64,000 bases of DNA from contig JAJZVA010000011.1 in NCBI GenBank assembly GCA_021845905.1, positions 20,682 through 84,681 on the forward strand, in the 5' to 3' direction. The position numbers and the translations under genes are program-made. The notes beneath the pieces are model-generated. The model was not told the DNA's origin. It was given only the letters and a program-made list of their open reading frames with translations, and ran no database searches. How positions within the stretch are numbered: position 1 is the first letter of the stretch; each line of letters starts with the position of its first letter. Below are positions 47,903 through 58,163 of this stretch, in pieces. Origin of the DNA: Pseudomonadota bacterium. GTDB lineage: Bacteria > Pseudomonadota > Alphaproteobacteria > Micavibrionales > UBA2020.

Positions 47903-49264
47903 ATGGATATCAAAAGGTTCAGCAGGAGCTTGTCCGTCCGTCTTCAAACCATCGCCATCACCCTTTCGCTGGTCGGCATCGCTTTCGGCGTCAAATCATA
48001 CCTGCATATTCACCATACTTTGGGCGCCGTCCACAGCCGGGGATTGTTCATGGATCTGGAGTTGCAGATCGTCATCAGCATCGCCCTCAACATTCTGGCC
48101 TCCTATATCATTTACCACATCGCCACGAAGCCTATCCGCGTGCTGGGTGAAGTCATGCGTTGCCTCACGGAAAACAAGCTCGATCTTGACGTTCCCTACG
48201 TGAAACAGGGAACGGAAATCGGCAGCATGGCCCGCAAAGTGGAAATTTTCAAGAAAAACGCCATCGAGAAAATACGCCTGGAGGAAGAACAGAAAATCAA
48301 CGAAGAGCGCTCCAAACACGAGAAAAAACGCGCAATGGACAATCTGGCCAATAGTTTCGAAAGCTCCATCGGCTCGGTCGTCAACGTGGTTGGCACCTCG
48401 GCGACGAAAATGAGCAATTCAGCAAACTCGCTGTCCGCCACGGCGCAATCCACGACCCGTCAGGCAAAAGCCGTTGCAGACGCCATGAACGAAGCCTCGT
48501 CGAACGTGCAAACCGTCGCCTCCGCGACGGAAGAGATGTCTGCCTCCATTAGCGAAATCTCGCGCCGCGTGCAGGAAGCATCCGCCATCGCCGCGGAAGC
48601 GGTGGGCGACGCGAAACTGACACATCAGCAGATGCAGGAACTGGTCGAAGCCTCGGAGAAAATCGGCCATGTCGTCAACCTGATCTCTGAAATCGCCGCG
48701 CAGACCAACCTGCTCGCCCTCAACGCCACGATCGAGGCGGCACGCGCGGGCGATGCCGGCAAAGGTTTTGCCGTCGTGGCTTCGGAGGTCAAGAGCCTCG
48801 CCAGCCAGACCGCGAAAGCCACGGAGGAAATCCAGCAAAAGATTTCCGACATTCAAAACGCCACGCATACGGCCGTCGGCAGCATCGACAAGGTCGGCAA
48901 CACCATCGAGCGCATCGACAACATCCAGTCCTCCATCGCGGCGGCGGTCGAGCAGCAGGGCGCGACCACCAAGGAAATCTCGCGCAACGTGCAGGAAGCC
49001 GCTTCGCGGACGCTGCTGGTCTCGAAGAACATCACCGATGTCAGCAAGGCGCTGGAAAGCACCGGCATGGCGGCGGCGGAGATGCTGACCGCTGCGAAAG
49101 GCCTCTCCGAGCAGTCGGGAAAGCTCAAGGACGAAGTGAATAACTTCATAGCCTCCGTCAAAAAGGACGACGCGCCGCAAAAGGAAGAAGCGAAACACGC
49201 CGTGAAGCTCGATGTTGCTTCAAATGACGAAAAAGCACGCAAAAAAGAGCTTGAGGCGGCCTAA
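47903..49264 (+). CDS. Methyl-accepting chemotaxis protein (two TM helices, HAMP, minimal periplasmic loop)
   Basis: Conserved MCP signalling hairpin ([38 protein letters not shown]). A HAMP-like segment follows TM2. Only about 20 residues separate the TM helices. Confidence 0.9.
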   Translation: MDIKRFSRSLSVRLQTIAITLSLVGIAFGVKSYLHIHHTLGAVHSRGLFMDLELQIVISIALNILASYIIYHIATKPIRVLGEVMRCLTENKLDLDVPYVKQGTEIGSMARKVEIFKKNAIEKIRLEEEQKINEERSKHEKKRAMDNLANSFESSIGSVVNVVGTSATKMSNSANSLSATAQSTTRQAKAVADAMNEASSNVQTVASATEEMSASISEISRRVQEASAIAAEAVGDAKLTHQQMQELVEASEKIGHVVNLISEIAAQTNLLALNATIEAARAGDAGKGFAVVASEVKSLASQTAKATEEIQQKISDIQNATHTAVGSIDKVGNTIERIDNIQSSIAAAVEQQGATTKEISRNVQEAASRTLLVSKNITDVSKALESTGMAAAEMLTAAKGLSEQSGKLKDEVNNFIASVKKDDAPQKEEAKHAVKLDVASNDEKARKKELEAA

Positions 49265-49269
49265 AAAGG

Positions 49270-49722
49270 TCAGATAAGCCTGCCGCCCCGCCAGTATTCG
49301 GCATACTTCAGCGGCAAGATGTCGGCCGCCCTGACTTTGAAAATATCAGCCGTGCCCGGCGCGCGCAAAATGACGGAACAATCCGGTGCGTAATCCGTGA
49401 TCGATTCGCGGCACCGCCCGCACGGCGAGACGACCCGCGGCTCCTCACCAGGCACGTGATAAACGGCGACGATTTCGGTGATTTTTCTATCCGGTTGCCG
49501 CGCCGCTTCGGCGATGGCGATGGGTTCGGCGCAAATCGACAATCCGCCGACGTCGGCAATGAGATTTACGGACGTGACGATACTGCCGTCATCCAGCCGG
49601 ACGGCCGCCCCGACCAGCGCGGGCGATGTATCGCCGAACGGCTGCCGGACAGTCTTCTTGACCGCGGCGGCGGCGGCGGCGACAAGGGCGCGATCGGCAT
49701 CTGAAACATCTTCTTTTTTCAT
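49270..49722 (-). CDS. Cytidine deaminase-family zinc enzyme
   Basis: CAE (SICAEPIAI) and PCGxCR (SPCGRCRE) zinc-ligand motifs of the homotetrameric CDA/blasticidin-S deaminase type. Confidence 0.8.
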   Translation of the reverse strand: MKKEDVSDADRALVAAAAAAVKKTVRQPFGDTSPALVGAAVRLDDGSIVTSVNLIADVGGLSICAEPIAIAEAARQPDRKITEIVAVYHVPGEEPRVVSPCGRCRESITDYAPDCSVILRAPGTADIFKVRAADILPLKYAEYWRGGRLI

Positions 49723-49839
49723 GCCTACAGGGTAGCGAAGAGCCTGCCTGCGGTAAAGCCAAGATCCGTCAAAGAACCACGGAATATGAATATTATTTAC
49801 ATCTTTCTTTCAAAGCGTATTGCTTTAAAATGACGCGCT

Positions 49840-51315
49840 ATGTTTGAAATTCTCAATGCGGCGGAAATGAAGCTGGCGGAAGCCCGTGCCACCGAGCAAG
49901 GCGTTTCCGGCTTTGAAATGATGACGGCAGCGGGCGTTGCCGCTGCGGAAACGATTGCAAAGACGTTCAAGCCGCGCCCCGTGCTTGTGCTTTGCGGCCC
50001 GGGCAATAACGGCGGCGACGGGTTCATCGTCGCCCAGCACCTTAAGAAACTCGGCTGGCCGCTGCGCGTCGCCTGCATGGTGAAGCGGGATGCACTCAAA
50101 GGCGATGCCCTCCTCGCCGCGCAACAATGGGATGGCGAGATCGAAGCGCTGGATTCCAATCTCTCCGTGCATAAAACGGGGCTGGTCGTCGATGCCGTGT
50201 TTGGCACGGGGTTCGACATGGAATCCGGACGCGCGCTCGCGCCGGAACTCGCCCTGCTGTTCGACAAGATCCGCACACGCAAAATTCCCGTGGTTGCGAT
50301 CGATATTCCGAGCGGCGTCGATGCCGCCACCGGCGCGGCCGATCCCGCCGCGCTCAAAGCCCGCCTGACCGCCACCTTCTGCCGCAAAAAATACGGGCAC
50401 GTGCTGTTGCCCGGCAAAAGCCTTTGCGGCGCGGTCAGCGTCATCGACATCGGCATCACGGATGAAACGATCGCCGCGCTGGAAACGCATTGCTTCGAAA
50501 ACGCGCCCGCCCTCTGGCTCAAACACTTTCCGCGTCCGAACGCCGAAAGCCACAAATATACGCGCGGCCACGCGCTCGTCTATGGCGGCGCGAAACGCAC
50601 CGGAGCCGCTTGTCTTGCCGCCGCCGCAGCGCAAAAGACAGGTGCAGGGCTCGTCACCATCGCCGCGCCCGAAAAAGCATGGGCGGTTTACAGCGGTTAC
50701 CGCGCCAGCCTGATGGTCGATGAATGCGACGACATCGAAACATGGAAAGCGCTCCTGCGCGACGAGCGTAAAAACGCCGTTCTCCTTGGCTGCGGCGCGG
50801 GGACCGACGAGAGGTTGCGCGATGCCGTCAACGCCACGCTCTCCATCAACAAATCCGGCGTGCTGGATGCGGACGTCTTCACGGTATTCAAAGACAATCC
50901 GCAAGAGCTTTTCGCCAAGCTGTCGCCGCAATATGTCCTCACCCCGCACGAAGGAGAATTCGAAAAACTCTTCGGCGCGCTGGAAGGCAGCAAGACCGGA
51001 CGCGCCCTCAAAGCCGCAGAAACCGCAGGCGCCATCATCCTGCTCAAAGGCGCGGATACCGTTATTGCCGCACCGGATGGCAGCACGGTCATCAACACAG
51101 GAGCGCCGCCGACGCTCGCCACAGCAGGGTCAGGCGATGTTCTGGCCGGAATGATCGCCGGACTCATCGCGCAGGGCATGCCGCCTTTCATGGCCGCCTG
51201 CGCCGCCGTCTGGCTGCACGGCGCGGCTGCGAAAGCCTATGGCCCCGGCCTGACCGCGGAAGATGTTATTTCTCATATTTCACAAACACTTAAACTGCTC
51301 TTTAAACGCCCCTGA
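49840..51315 (+). CDS. nnr: Bifunctional NAD(P)H-hydrate repair enzyme Nnr (epimerase + ADP-dependent dehydratase)
   Basis: YjeF-N domain (LCGPGNNGGDGF) fused to the YjeF-C carbohydrate-kinase domain (TAGSGDVLAGMIAGL). Confidence 0.88.
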   Translation: MFEILNAAEMKLAEARATEQGVSGFEMMTAAGVAAAETIAKTFKPRPVLVLCGPGNNGGDGFIVAQHLKKLGWPLRVACMVKRDALKGDALLAAQQWDGEIEALDSNLSVHKTGLVVDAVFGTGFDMESGRALAPELALLFDKIRTRKIPVVAIDIPSGVDAATGAADPAALKARLTATFCRKKYGHVLLPGKSLCGAVSVIDIGITDETIAALETHCFENAPALWLKHFPRPNAESHKYTRGHALVYGGAKRTGAACLAAAAAQKTGAGLVTIAAPEKAWAVYSGYRASLMVDECDDIETWKALLRDERKNAVLLGCGAGTDERLRDAVNATLSINKSGVLDADVFTVFKDNPQELFAKLSPQYVLTPHEGEFEKLFGALEGSKTGRALKAAETAGAIILLKGADTVIAAPDGSTVINTGAPPTLATAGSGDVLAGMIAGLIAQGMPPFMAACAAVWLHGAAAKAYGPGLTAEDVISHISQTLKLLFKRP

Positions 51316-51402
51316 AAGACGCATAAAATTTTAAATAAATGCCTGAAAACCTGAAAATATGTTATACTGATAAAATACGGCGGATGCGGGGTTTGTTTGC
51401 TT

Positions 51403-53484
51403 ATGCAAGATAGAAACATCAACGGGAAACCTATATCTCCCGCAGGGGAAAAACTTACACCCCGCGCTTTGCTTGTGCGGATTTTCCGCGTCTCTATCCT
51501 TTGCGCGTTATTTTCTTTCGCCCTTTCCTCTTCAGCACTGGCGCAATACATACCTCCGACAACGACTACAACCTCTTGCGGCGGCTCGGGAACGCCGGCG
51601 GCTCCGCCACCGCCGCCGACCACCAACCCCGGTGGATCGACTGGAGATGGCGGCGGCGGCTGGTCAAGCGGCTCAGGCTTTGGCATCGGCTATTACACAT
51701 CACTCATTCAGGGCACTCAGCAAAGCTGTCCCACGGCCGGCGTACAGTGCAACGCGGCTTCCGGATGCGGCGGCGGCAGCGGTTGCATCGGCGATTTCTT
51801 CTGGGCGCTCGGCTCCGCGGAAAGCGGCGACAGCTATTCCAGATGCAACTCCATCGGCTGTTGCGGCTGGATACAATTCTGCAAAGGAAACCTGACAACC
51901 GCCATCAACACATGCAGCGGCAGCAATTACAATTTCTCGGTGGACTCGGGCCAGTGTCAGGATCAGGCCATCCTCAATTACACGCAAGGCAACTGGAATG
52001 CCCTGCTCGCCGCAGGCGCAAGCAACTACCTTTGCAAAACGATCACCATCAGCGGCGTACAATACAAGATCACGCAGGCCGGGTTGCTGGGCGCGGCGAA
52101 CCTCTGCGGCCCGTCCGGCACCATCGCGTGGATCGCCGGAGGCGCCAACACCACCGACGCCTACGGAACATCGTGCGCGCGGTACTTCCTCAACTTCAAC
52201 AGCACCTACATTCCGACGGGGCTTTCCTGGGCGGACACCACATGCCCGGTTCAGGCGCCGTCCTGTCCGGGAAATTCACCGACAGCGCCGCCGCCCGCGC
52301 CCAAACCGCCGCCCGGGCCTTGCGGCGACCCCGTGTTCACGGGGCTCTTCGCCCAAAACCCTTGCGGCCTTTCATCGCCGCCCGCCGTCAAATTTCCCAC
52401 TTACCTGAGAAACTGGTGGAACAATTCCCTTCTGCCCGCGCTGAAAGACATGACGTCGCAACTCTATTCCTACCGCATTTTCGAAACGTGGGAACTGGGC
52501 CGTATGATGGACGCGCTTGATGTGACAAGAGCGGCGCGTGTCCAGCAGGAACTGCATCTCTCGGCCCACCAGGGCGTCACGCCGAACCAGTCGACCTGCG
52601 TCGCCGGATCGTTCGTCAAAGCCCTCACGCAAACGCAAATGACGGCAACCGCGCTGACGCAGGGATTTATCGAGGATCTTGAAAGGCGCGCCCAGGGCGC
52701 TGTCGAAAAGCCGACCGGAACCCCGTCCACGTATACGCCGCCGGGAAGAAACGCCACATACGACATCTCGCAAAGATGGACGGAATACTGCAATGAATTC
52801 TTCGACCCGCAAACGAACGACGCGATCAACGCCTGCCCGGGGAATCCGACAACCGCGCCCGCCGGCGGCGTCATGAACGGGGACATCGACGTCGAAAGCT
52901 TCCTGCTTCAGGACACGATAGACATGAACAACCCGCATAACTACGCCGCGGCAAAAGCGATCTTGATAAACCTGATCCAGCCCACGATCGCGGACAGGGT
53001 GCCTCAAAATCTCATCAATACGACGCAGGGGCAGGAATATATCATCAGGCTCCAGCACCTCGAAGCCATCAACAACATCGCCGCGGACGTCGTCGGCGGG
53101 ATTATCTCGCGGCGCGCGGCCCTGCCCGTGACCGACACGGCGATCGCCAATAAAATCGACGAGATTCGCGAAGCCGCGGGCATCCCGCTCTGCTCGTCCA
53201 GTCCTCCGGCGGGCACGCCCTGCGCCTCCGCCACGCCCAGCTATAACGAGATCATGAAAGCGATGACGCAGGAACGGTTCTACGATCCCCGCTATTTCAC
53301 CCGCGTGCAAAACAACATCGGCGCGCTCAAGCAGGAACAGGCCAGCGTCGACGCCTACACCACGGTTCAGTTGCAGGATATATATCAGATTCAAGAGCAG
53401 ATAAACGCGCTCCTCGCCGCGCGCGCAGCGTTGAAGCTTCAAGTGCAATCGAACCCCAACATGTCGCAATCCGCTCCGCAATAG
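51403..53484 (+). CDS. Large exported protein of unknown function with a Cys-rich lysozyme/SLT-like region and a ~360-aa orphan C-terminal domain
   Basis: 693 aa from the ATG at 51403. Signal peptide (ILCALFSFALSSSALA) and a Thr/Pro/Gly-rich linker. A Cys-rich region contains AESGDSYSRCNSIGCCGWIQF, which resembles the GH23 E-S...G-x-x-Q pattern. A Pro-rich linker follows, then a helical C-terminal domain with no recognised motif. Confidence 0.65.
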   Translation: MQDRNINGKPISPAGEKLTPRALLVRIFRVSILCALFSFALSSSALAQYIPPTTTTTSCGGSGTPAAPPPPPTTNPGGSTGDGGGGWSSGSGFGIGYYTSLIQGTQQSCPTAGVQCNAASGCGGGSGCIGDFFWALGSAESGDSYSRCNSIGCCGWIQFCKGNLTTAINTCSGSNYNFSVDSGQCQDQAILNYTQGNWNALLAAGASNYLCKTITISGVQYKITQAGLLGAANLCGPSGTIAWIAGGANTTDAYGTSCARYFLNFNSTYIPTGLSWADTTCPVQAPSCPGNSPTAPPPAPKPPPGPCGDPVFTGLFAQNPCGLSSPPAVKFPTYLRNWWNNSLLPALKDMTSQLYSYRIFETWELGRMMDALDVTRAARVQQELHLSAHQGVTPNQSTCVAGSFVKALTQTQMTATALTQGFIEDLERRAQGAVEKPTGTPSTYTPPGRNATYDISQRWTEYCNEFFDPQTNDAINACPGNPTTAPAGGVMNGDIDVESFLLQDTIDMNNPHNYAAAKAILINLIQPTIADRVPQNLINTTQGQEYIIRLQHLEAINNIAADVVGGIISRRAALPVTDTAIANKIDEIREAAGIPLCSSSPPAGTPCASATPSYNEIMKAMTQERFYDPRYFTRVQNNIGALKQEQASVDAYTTVQLQDIYQIQEQINALLAARAALKLQVQSNPNMSQSAPQ

Positions 53485-53518
53485 CGGCGCTTTCAAGAGC
53501 AGAAAGGGTTTAAATCCG

Positions 53519-54382
53519 ATGTCCGAAAAGAAAACGAAAAAACACTCATTCCTCAAGCAAGCGCGCGTCGCTCTGGTTCTATCCCTGTCGCTCGCCTGTT
53601 CCCTGACGCCGTGGCACGAAGCGCGCGCGCAACTCGGCGACGGCAATGATTCCGGCACAAACGCCATCAGCCCGCAGGACGCCCGGCAGGCTTTTGGCCC
53701 GCACTGGCGCGAGATTCTCAAAAGCTACAAGCTCGCCCAGCGGAACTTCGCGCAAAAGCAGCAAGAGCGCCTGAAGGACGCGCGCATGATCTCCTTCACC
53801 GAAGCGCAAAACATGCAAACGCTCATCAACGACTATCCGTTCCTGAGAGAAAAGCTCCAGTCCGTGATCGCGATGCAAAAACGCGTCGGAAGCTACATGC
53901 AACAGCACCCGGGCGTTTCCCTAGATACCTCAGCGCACATTTACACCGCGCAAAGCCGTGACAGCAAAAGCGGAGACGACGTCTTCTTCCTGGAAGAAAG
54001 AGGCAGCCTTTTCTGCTCCGCCCACGGTTGCCCCATAACGATTTTCGTCGGCAGTGGCGACCGTTACACGGTCGCGATGAATTATATCGGCGACGAATCC
54101 ATCGCCGTTTCGAGATCAGATAAAAGCCTGTCGCTGTTCTTCGATCCGCAAAGCCAGAATCCGCCGCTTGAATGGATTCTCAAGGACCACCGCTTTGTCC
54201 AAAACCCGCCCCCGCCGTACGCCTCCCAATCGCCGATATACGAAGAATGGCATCAGGAACAAATCGTCAAGAAGGCGCAGGAACTCGACAAGCCGGAGAA
54301 GAAACCCGCTCCATCCGGCGCGACGTCCGGCAATGGTTCGGCATCCCAGCCCGGCGCCTCCAACGACACCTTCGTTCCATAG
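53519..54382 (+). CDS. Exported protein of unknown function (287 aa)
   Basis: Signal peptide (VALVLSLSLACSLTPWHEARA), a globular core with a CSAHGC pair, and a Pro/Gln/Ser-rich tail. Starts 35 nt after the preceding gene. Confidence 0.6.
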   Translation: MSEKKTKKHSFLKQARVALVLSLSLACSLTPWHEARAQLGDGNDSGTNAISPQDARQAFGPHWREILKSYKLAQRNFAQKQQERLKDARMISFTEAQNMQTLINDYPFLREKLQSVIAMQKRVGSYMQQHPGVSLDTSAHIYTAQSRDSKSGDDVFFLEERGSLFCSAHGCPITIFVGSGDRYTVAMNYIGDESIAVSRSDKSLSLFFDPQSQNPPLEWILKDHRFVQNPPPPYASQSPIYEEWHQEQIVKKAQELDKPEKKPAPSGATSGNGSASQPGASNDTFVP

Positions 54383-54398
54383 GCTGAAAAGGGCTTGT

Positions 54399-55337
54399 TT
54401 ATCTGAGATAGCTCAGAGGGTTGCAGGCCTTTGCGCCGCGGCGGATTTCAAAGTGCAACTGAGATGCCGAAACCGCGCCCGTCGACCCGACAGTTCCGAT
54501 CACCTCGCCCCTTTGCACCATCATGCCCCTCCTCGCGCGAATGGAAGCCAGATGGGCATAGGCCGTCATCATGCCCCCACCATGACGTATCAGCACCAGA
54601 TTGCCGTAGCTCTTCAAAGCGTTCCCGACATAAGCCACGACGCCGTCCGCCGCCGCCGCAACCGGCGTGCCGCGCGGCGCTGCGATATTGATGCCATCGT
54701 TATATAGCCCGTCGCTCTTCGGCCCGAAGGCGGAAATAATCCTGCCGCGCACGGGCCAGATGAAGGTTGACGGCGTGCGCCCGGCATAGTTTTCCGGAGC
54801 GACCGGGCGCATTCTATAGCGATGCCGCGCGGGCCTGTAATATCTTTCTTTTTCCACGCGCGGCGCCCGGCGCGCTTCGGCGACCCGCTCCGGAACGGCG
54901 CGCACAGGCTCTATGCCCGTGACGGAAGGTATGCGCAAGACTTCGCCTGAATACAATATATAAGGCGCGCGCATGTTGTTGACCGCGACCATTTGCGATT
55001 CTGAAACGCCGAACATGGTGGCGATACTGTAGAGGGAGTCGCCGTGCCGCACGCGGTAATCGACGGGCGCGGGAAGTTTCAGCCGCATGCCTTCGTGCAG
55101 CGCATATGGCGGCTGAAGATTGTTGAGATCGATGATCCCGCGCAGTGGCAGACGATAGCGTCTCGCAATATCCCACAGATCGTCATGCGCGCCGACGATC
55201 ATCGCGCCGGTCGCCGAATCCGAACCGAGACCAAGATTAATGACCGGCGCAGGCCTGTGCGGCGGCCCGTAACAACCCGACAGGCAGAACATCAGCGCCG
55301 TCAACGTCAATAAACGGAAAAATCCCCCGCCGCGCAT
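54399..55337 (-). CDS. nlpD: LysM-domain M23 metallopeptidase lipoprotein (NlpD-like)
   Basis: Lipobox (MFCLSGC), two LysM-like repeats (GDSLYSIATMFGVS...) and an M23 core (GINIAAPRGTPVAAAADGVVAY...HLHFEIR). The ATG at 55337 lies just after the pcm stop. Confidence 0.85.
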   Translation of the reverse strand: MRGGGFFRLLTLTALMFCLSGCYGPPHRPAPVINLGLGSDSATGAMIVGAHDDLWDIARRYRLPLRGIIDLNNLQPPYALHEGMRLKLPAPVDYRVRHGDSLYSIATMFGVSESQMVAVNNMRAPYILYSGEVLRIPSVTGIEPVRAVPERVAEARRAPRVEKERYYRPARHRYRMRPVAPENYAGRTPSTFIWPVRGRIISAFGPKSDGLYNDGINIAAPRGTPVAAAADGVVAYVGNALKSYGNLVLIRHGGGMMTAYAHLASIRARRGMMVQRGEVIGTVGSTGAVSASQLHFEIRRGAKACNPLSYLR

Positions 55338-55338
55338 A

Positions 55339-56046
55339 TCAACTCTGAAAGGCGAAAGAATCCGCCGCGAAACCGTAAGGGTCGGCCTGTTCCCTGGCGG
55401 CCGTTCCGTTGCGCGCGACTTCCGGCAACAAAGGAACGAAACGCACGGGCATGAGCTGCTCGCAGTGATATCCCTCTTCAAGTCGCGTGATGCGGTAAAT
55501 GAACTGGTTGGCCTTGTCGCGCCCCATCGGGATGATCAAAATCCCGCCCAGCGACATTTGCTCCAAAAGAGGCTCCGGCGGCTCAGCGGCGGCGGCGGCC
55601 GTGACGATGATGCGGTCGAACGGCGCCTGCTCGATCCAGCCTTTCATGCCGTCGGCGGCTTTGCAGGTGATGTTGCGCACCTTGAGATCCGTCAGGCGTT
55701 TTTCCGCCGTCGCGAGAAGCGGTCGGTGCCGCTCGATGCTGTAAACGCGGCGGCAAAGCTTGGAAAGGATGGCGGCCTGATAACCGGAACCCGTGCCGAT
55801 TTCCAGCACCTTATGGCGGTCGTTGACCTTCAGCGCCTGCGTCATGCTGGCGACGACCAAAGGCTGGCTGATCGTCTGGCCGCAATCGATCGGCAGCGCG
55901 ATGTCCTCATAGGCCTGATCGTGGAACATCGGCGGAATGAACGCCTCGCGCGGCACGCGTTCGATGGCGCCGAGAACGGACGTGTCCGTAATCCCCGCCT
56001 TGCGGAGCTTCATGATCAAACGGATCTTGCGCGCCAGAAGACTCAT
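55339..56046 (-). CDS. pcm: Protein-L-isoaspartate O-methyltransferase
   Basis: PIMT motifs (GQTISQPLVVA, VLEIGTGSGYQAA). surE-pcm-nlpD synteny. Confidence 0.9.
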   Translation of the reverse strand: MSLLARKIRLIMKLRKAGITDTSVLGAIERVPREAFIPPMFHDQAYEDIALPIDCGQTISQPLVVASMTQALKVNDRHKVLEIGTGSGYQAAILSKLCRRVYSIERHRPLLATAEKRLTDLKVRNITCKAADGMKGWIEQAPFDRIIVTAAAAAEPPEPLLEQMSLGGILIIPMGRDKANQFIYRITRLEEGYHCEQLMPVRFVPLLPEVARNGTAAREQADPYGFAADSFAFQS

Positions 56047-56831
56047 TGAAAAATTTTCTCCAGAAATTCAAGCGTCGGGTGATGCGTCAGGTTCAAAGAC
56101 AAAGGCGTGATCGTCACGTGACCGGATTTCAGCGAGCCGACGTCTATCGTCTGGTCGAGCTCGTTGCGCTTCGGCGGCGCGCCGACCCAGTAATAAGGCC
56201 GCCCGCGCGGGTCCATTTTTTCAACCATGTCCTGATCTTCGATGCTGTAGTGCCCTTGCGGGCGCACACGGATCTCGGGCGTCACGCCCGATTTGTGCAT
56301 CGGCAGGTTGACGCTCATCAGCACGTTGCTGTCCCACTCCCTGCCTTCGAATGCGGCAAGGACTTTGGGAACGTATTTGCGCGCGATGTCCCACTCCGGC
56401 TTGCCGCCGTGCTCGTCGAAATCCTGGCTGAAGGCAATGGCAGGCACGCCCATCAGCGTCGCCTCGATCGCCGCGGCGATGGTGCCGGAATAAGTCACGT
56501 CGTCCGCCGTGTTCTGCCCGTGATTGATGCCGGACAAAACGATATCCGGCTGGAACTTTTTCATGACCATCTGACAGCCGACAAGGACGGAGTCGGTCGG
56601 CGTGCCGTAAACGGAAATATGGTTCTCGTCGTATTTCTTGACGCGGAGCGGCATGTGAATGGTCAGCGAATGCCCCGCCGCGGACTGCTGGTTCTCCGGT
56701 GCGACGACCCAGACGTGCGGCGTCAATTTCCGCGCGATTTCCTCCAGCACCTTGATGCCGTCGGAATGGATGCTGTCGTCGTTGGAAATGAGGATCCGCG
56801 CCTCGGATAGCTTCTTCGGGAATTTAAGCAT
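56043..56831 (-). CDS. surE: 5'/3'-nucleotidase SurE
   Basis: [17 protein letters not shown]-terminus and GINHGQN motif. The ATG at 56831 follows the serS stop; the longer ORF to 56900 overlaps serS. Confidence 0.9.
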   Translation of the reverse strand: MLKFPKKLSEARILISNDDSIHSDGIKVLEEIARKLTPHVWVVAPENQQSAAGHSLTIHMPLRVKKYDENHISVYGTPTDSVLVGCQMVMKKFQPDIVLSGINHGQNTADDVTYSGTIAAAIEATLMGVPAIAFSQDFDEHGGKPEWDIARKYVPKVLAAFEGREWDSNVLMSVNLPMHKSGVTPEIRVRPQGHYSIEDQDMVEKMDPRGRPYYWVGAPPKRNELDQTIDVGSLKSGHVTITPLSLNLTHHPTLEFLEKIFQ

Positions 56832-58122
56832 TGGCCACCCTGCCTTTCTTGCCGGCAACCTCAAGCTTCGCGATGCCGCCCATGTAGGGCTTGAGCGCAT
56901 CGGGAATGAAGACGCTGCCGTCCGGCTGCTGATAATTCTCCAGCACGGCGATCAGCGCACGTCCGACGGCGACGCCGGAGCCGTTCAGCGTGTGCACATA
57001 TGCCGTATTTTTATCGCCCGCCGATTTGGCCCGCGCCATCATGCGCCGCGCCTGAAAATCGCCGCAGTTGGAACAGCTTGAAATCTCGCGGTAGGCGTTT
57101 TGCCCCGGCAACCAGACCTCGATGTCGTATGTCTTCTGCGCGGAAAAGCCCATGTCTCCGGTGCACAGCACCATGGTGCGGAACGGGAGATCGAGCTTCT
57201 TCAAAATGTTTTCGGCGCAGGCCGTCATGCGCTCGTGCTCGTCCTTCGACTGGTCCGCCGCGGTGATGCTGACCAGCTCGACTTTATAAAACTGGTGCTG
57301 GCGGATCATGCCGCGCGTGTCCTTGCCCGCCGCGCCCGCCTCGGAGCGGAAACACGGCGTCAGCGACGTGAGGCGCAACGGCAGCTCGCCGATATCGAGG
57401 ATGGATTCGCGCACCGTATTGGTGAGCGAGATTTCCGACGTTGACACAAGATAATGGCCGGATGATGTCTTGAACATGTCCTCTTCGAACTTCGGCAACT
57501 GCCCAGTGCCGTAAAGCGCCTCGGGCCGCACCAGCAACGGCACTTCCATTTCGGTATAACCGTGCTCCTGCGTGTGGGTATCGAGCATGAACTGCGCCAG
57601 CGCGCGTTCCAGCCGCGCCACGCCGCTTTTCAGCAGCACGAAACGGGAACCTGACATTTTCGCCGCCGTCTCGAAATCCATTCCACCCAGGCCTTCGCCG
57701 ATGTCGAAGTGCTCTTTTGCGTTATTGAGGCGTTTCGGTTCGCCGTGCTTGCGGATTTCTTTGTTGGCTTTTTCATCCGCTCCTTCCGGCACGGTTTCAT
57801 CGGGGATATTCGGCAGACGGCTGAGATAGTCTTTCATCTCGTCATCGACTTTTTTCGTCTCTTCCTCGAGCTTTTGGACTTGCTCTTTATATCCCGCGAC
57901 TTCCTGCATGATCGCCGCCACGTCGCCACCCTTGGCCTTGATCGCGCCGATCTGTTTCGAAGCCTCGTTGCGTTTGGATTGCAACTCCTGCATCTCCGTC
58001 ATCAGGGCGCGGCGTTTTTCATCGATCGCGATGATTTTTGCGGTTTGCGGCTCCATGCCGCGGCGTTTCCAGCCGGAATCAAAAACGTCGGGCGTTTCCC
58101 GAATAAGCTTTAAATCGAACAT
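56824..58122 (-). CDS. serS: Seryl-tRNA synthetase
   Basis: N-terminal coiled-coil arm plus class II core motifs ([29 protein letters not shown]). Confidence 0.95.
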   Translation of the reverse strand: MFDLKLIRETPDVFDSGWKRRGMEPQTAKIIAIDEKRRALMTEMQELQSKRNEASKQIGAIKAKGGDVAAIMQEVAGYKEQVQKLEEETKKVDDEMKDYLSRLPNIPDETVPEGADEKANKEIRKHGEPKRLNNAKEHFDIGEGLGGMDFETAAKMSGSRFVLLKSGVARLERALAQFMLDTHTQEHGYTEMEVPLLVRPEALYGTGQLPKFEEDMFKTSSGHYLVSTSEISLTNTVRESILDIGELPLRLTSLTPCFRSEAGAAGKDTRGMIRQHQFYKVELVSITAADQSKDEHERMTACAENILKKLDLPFRTMVLCTGDMGFSAQKTYDIEVWLPGQNAYREISSCSNCGDFQARRMMARAKSAGDKNTAYVHTLNGSGVAVGRALIAVLENYQQPDGSVFIPDALKPYMGGIAKLEVAGKKGRVANA

Positions 58123-58163
58123 AGCGCTCTCAAATTTATAAGTTGGAAGGTTTCCCCAAACCT

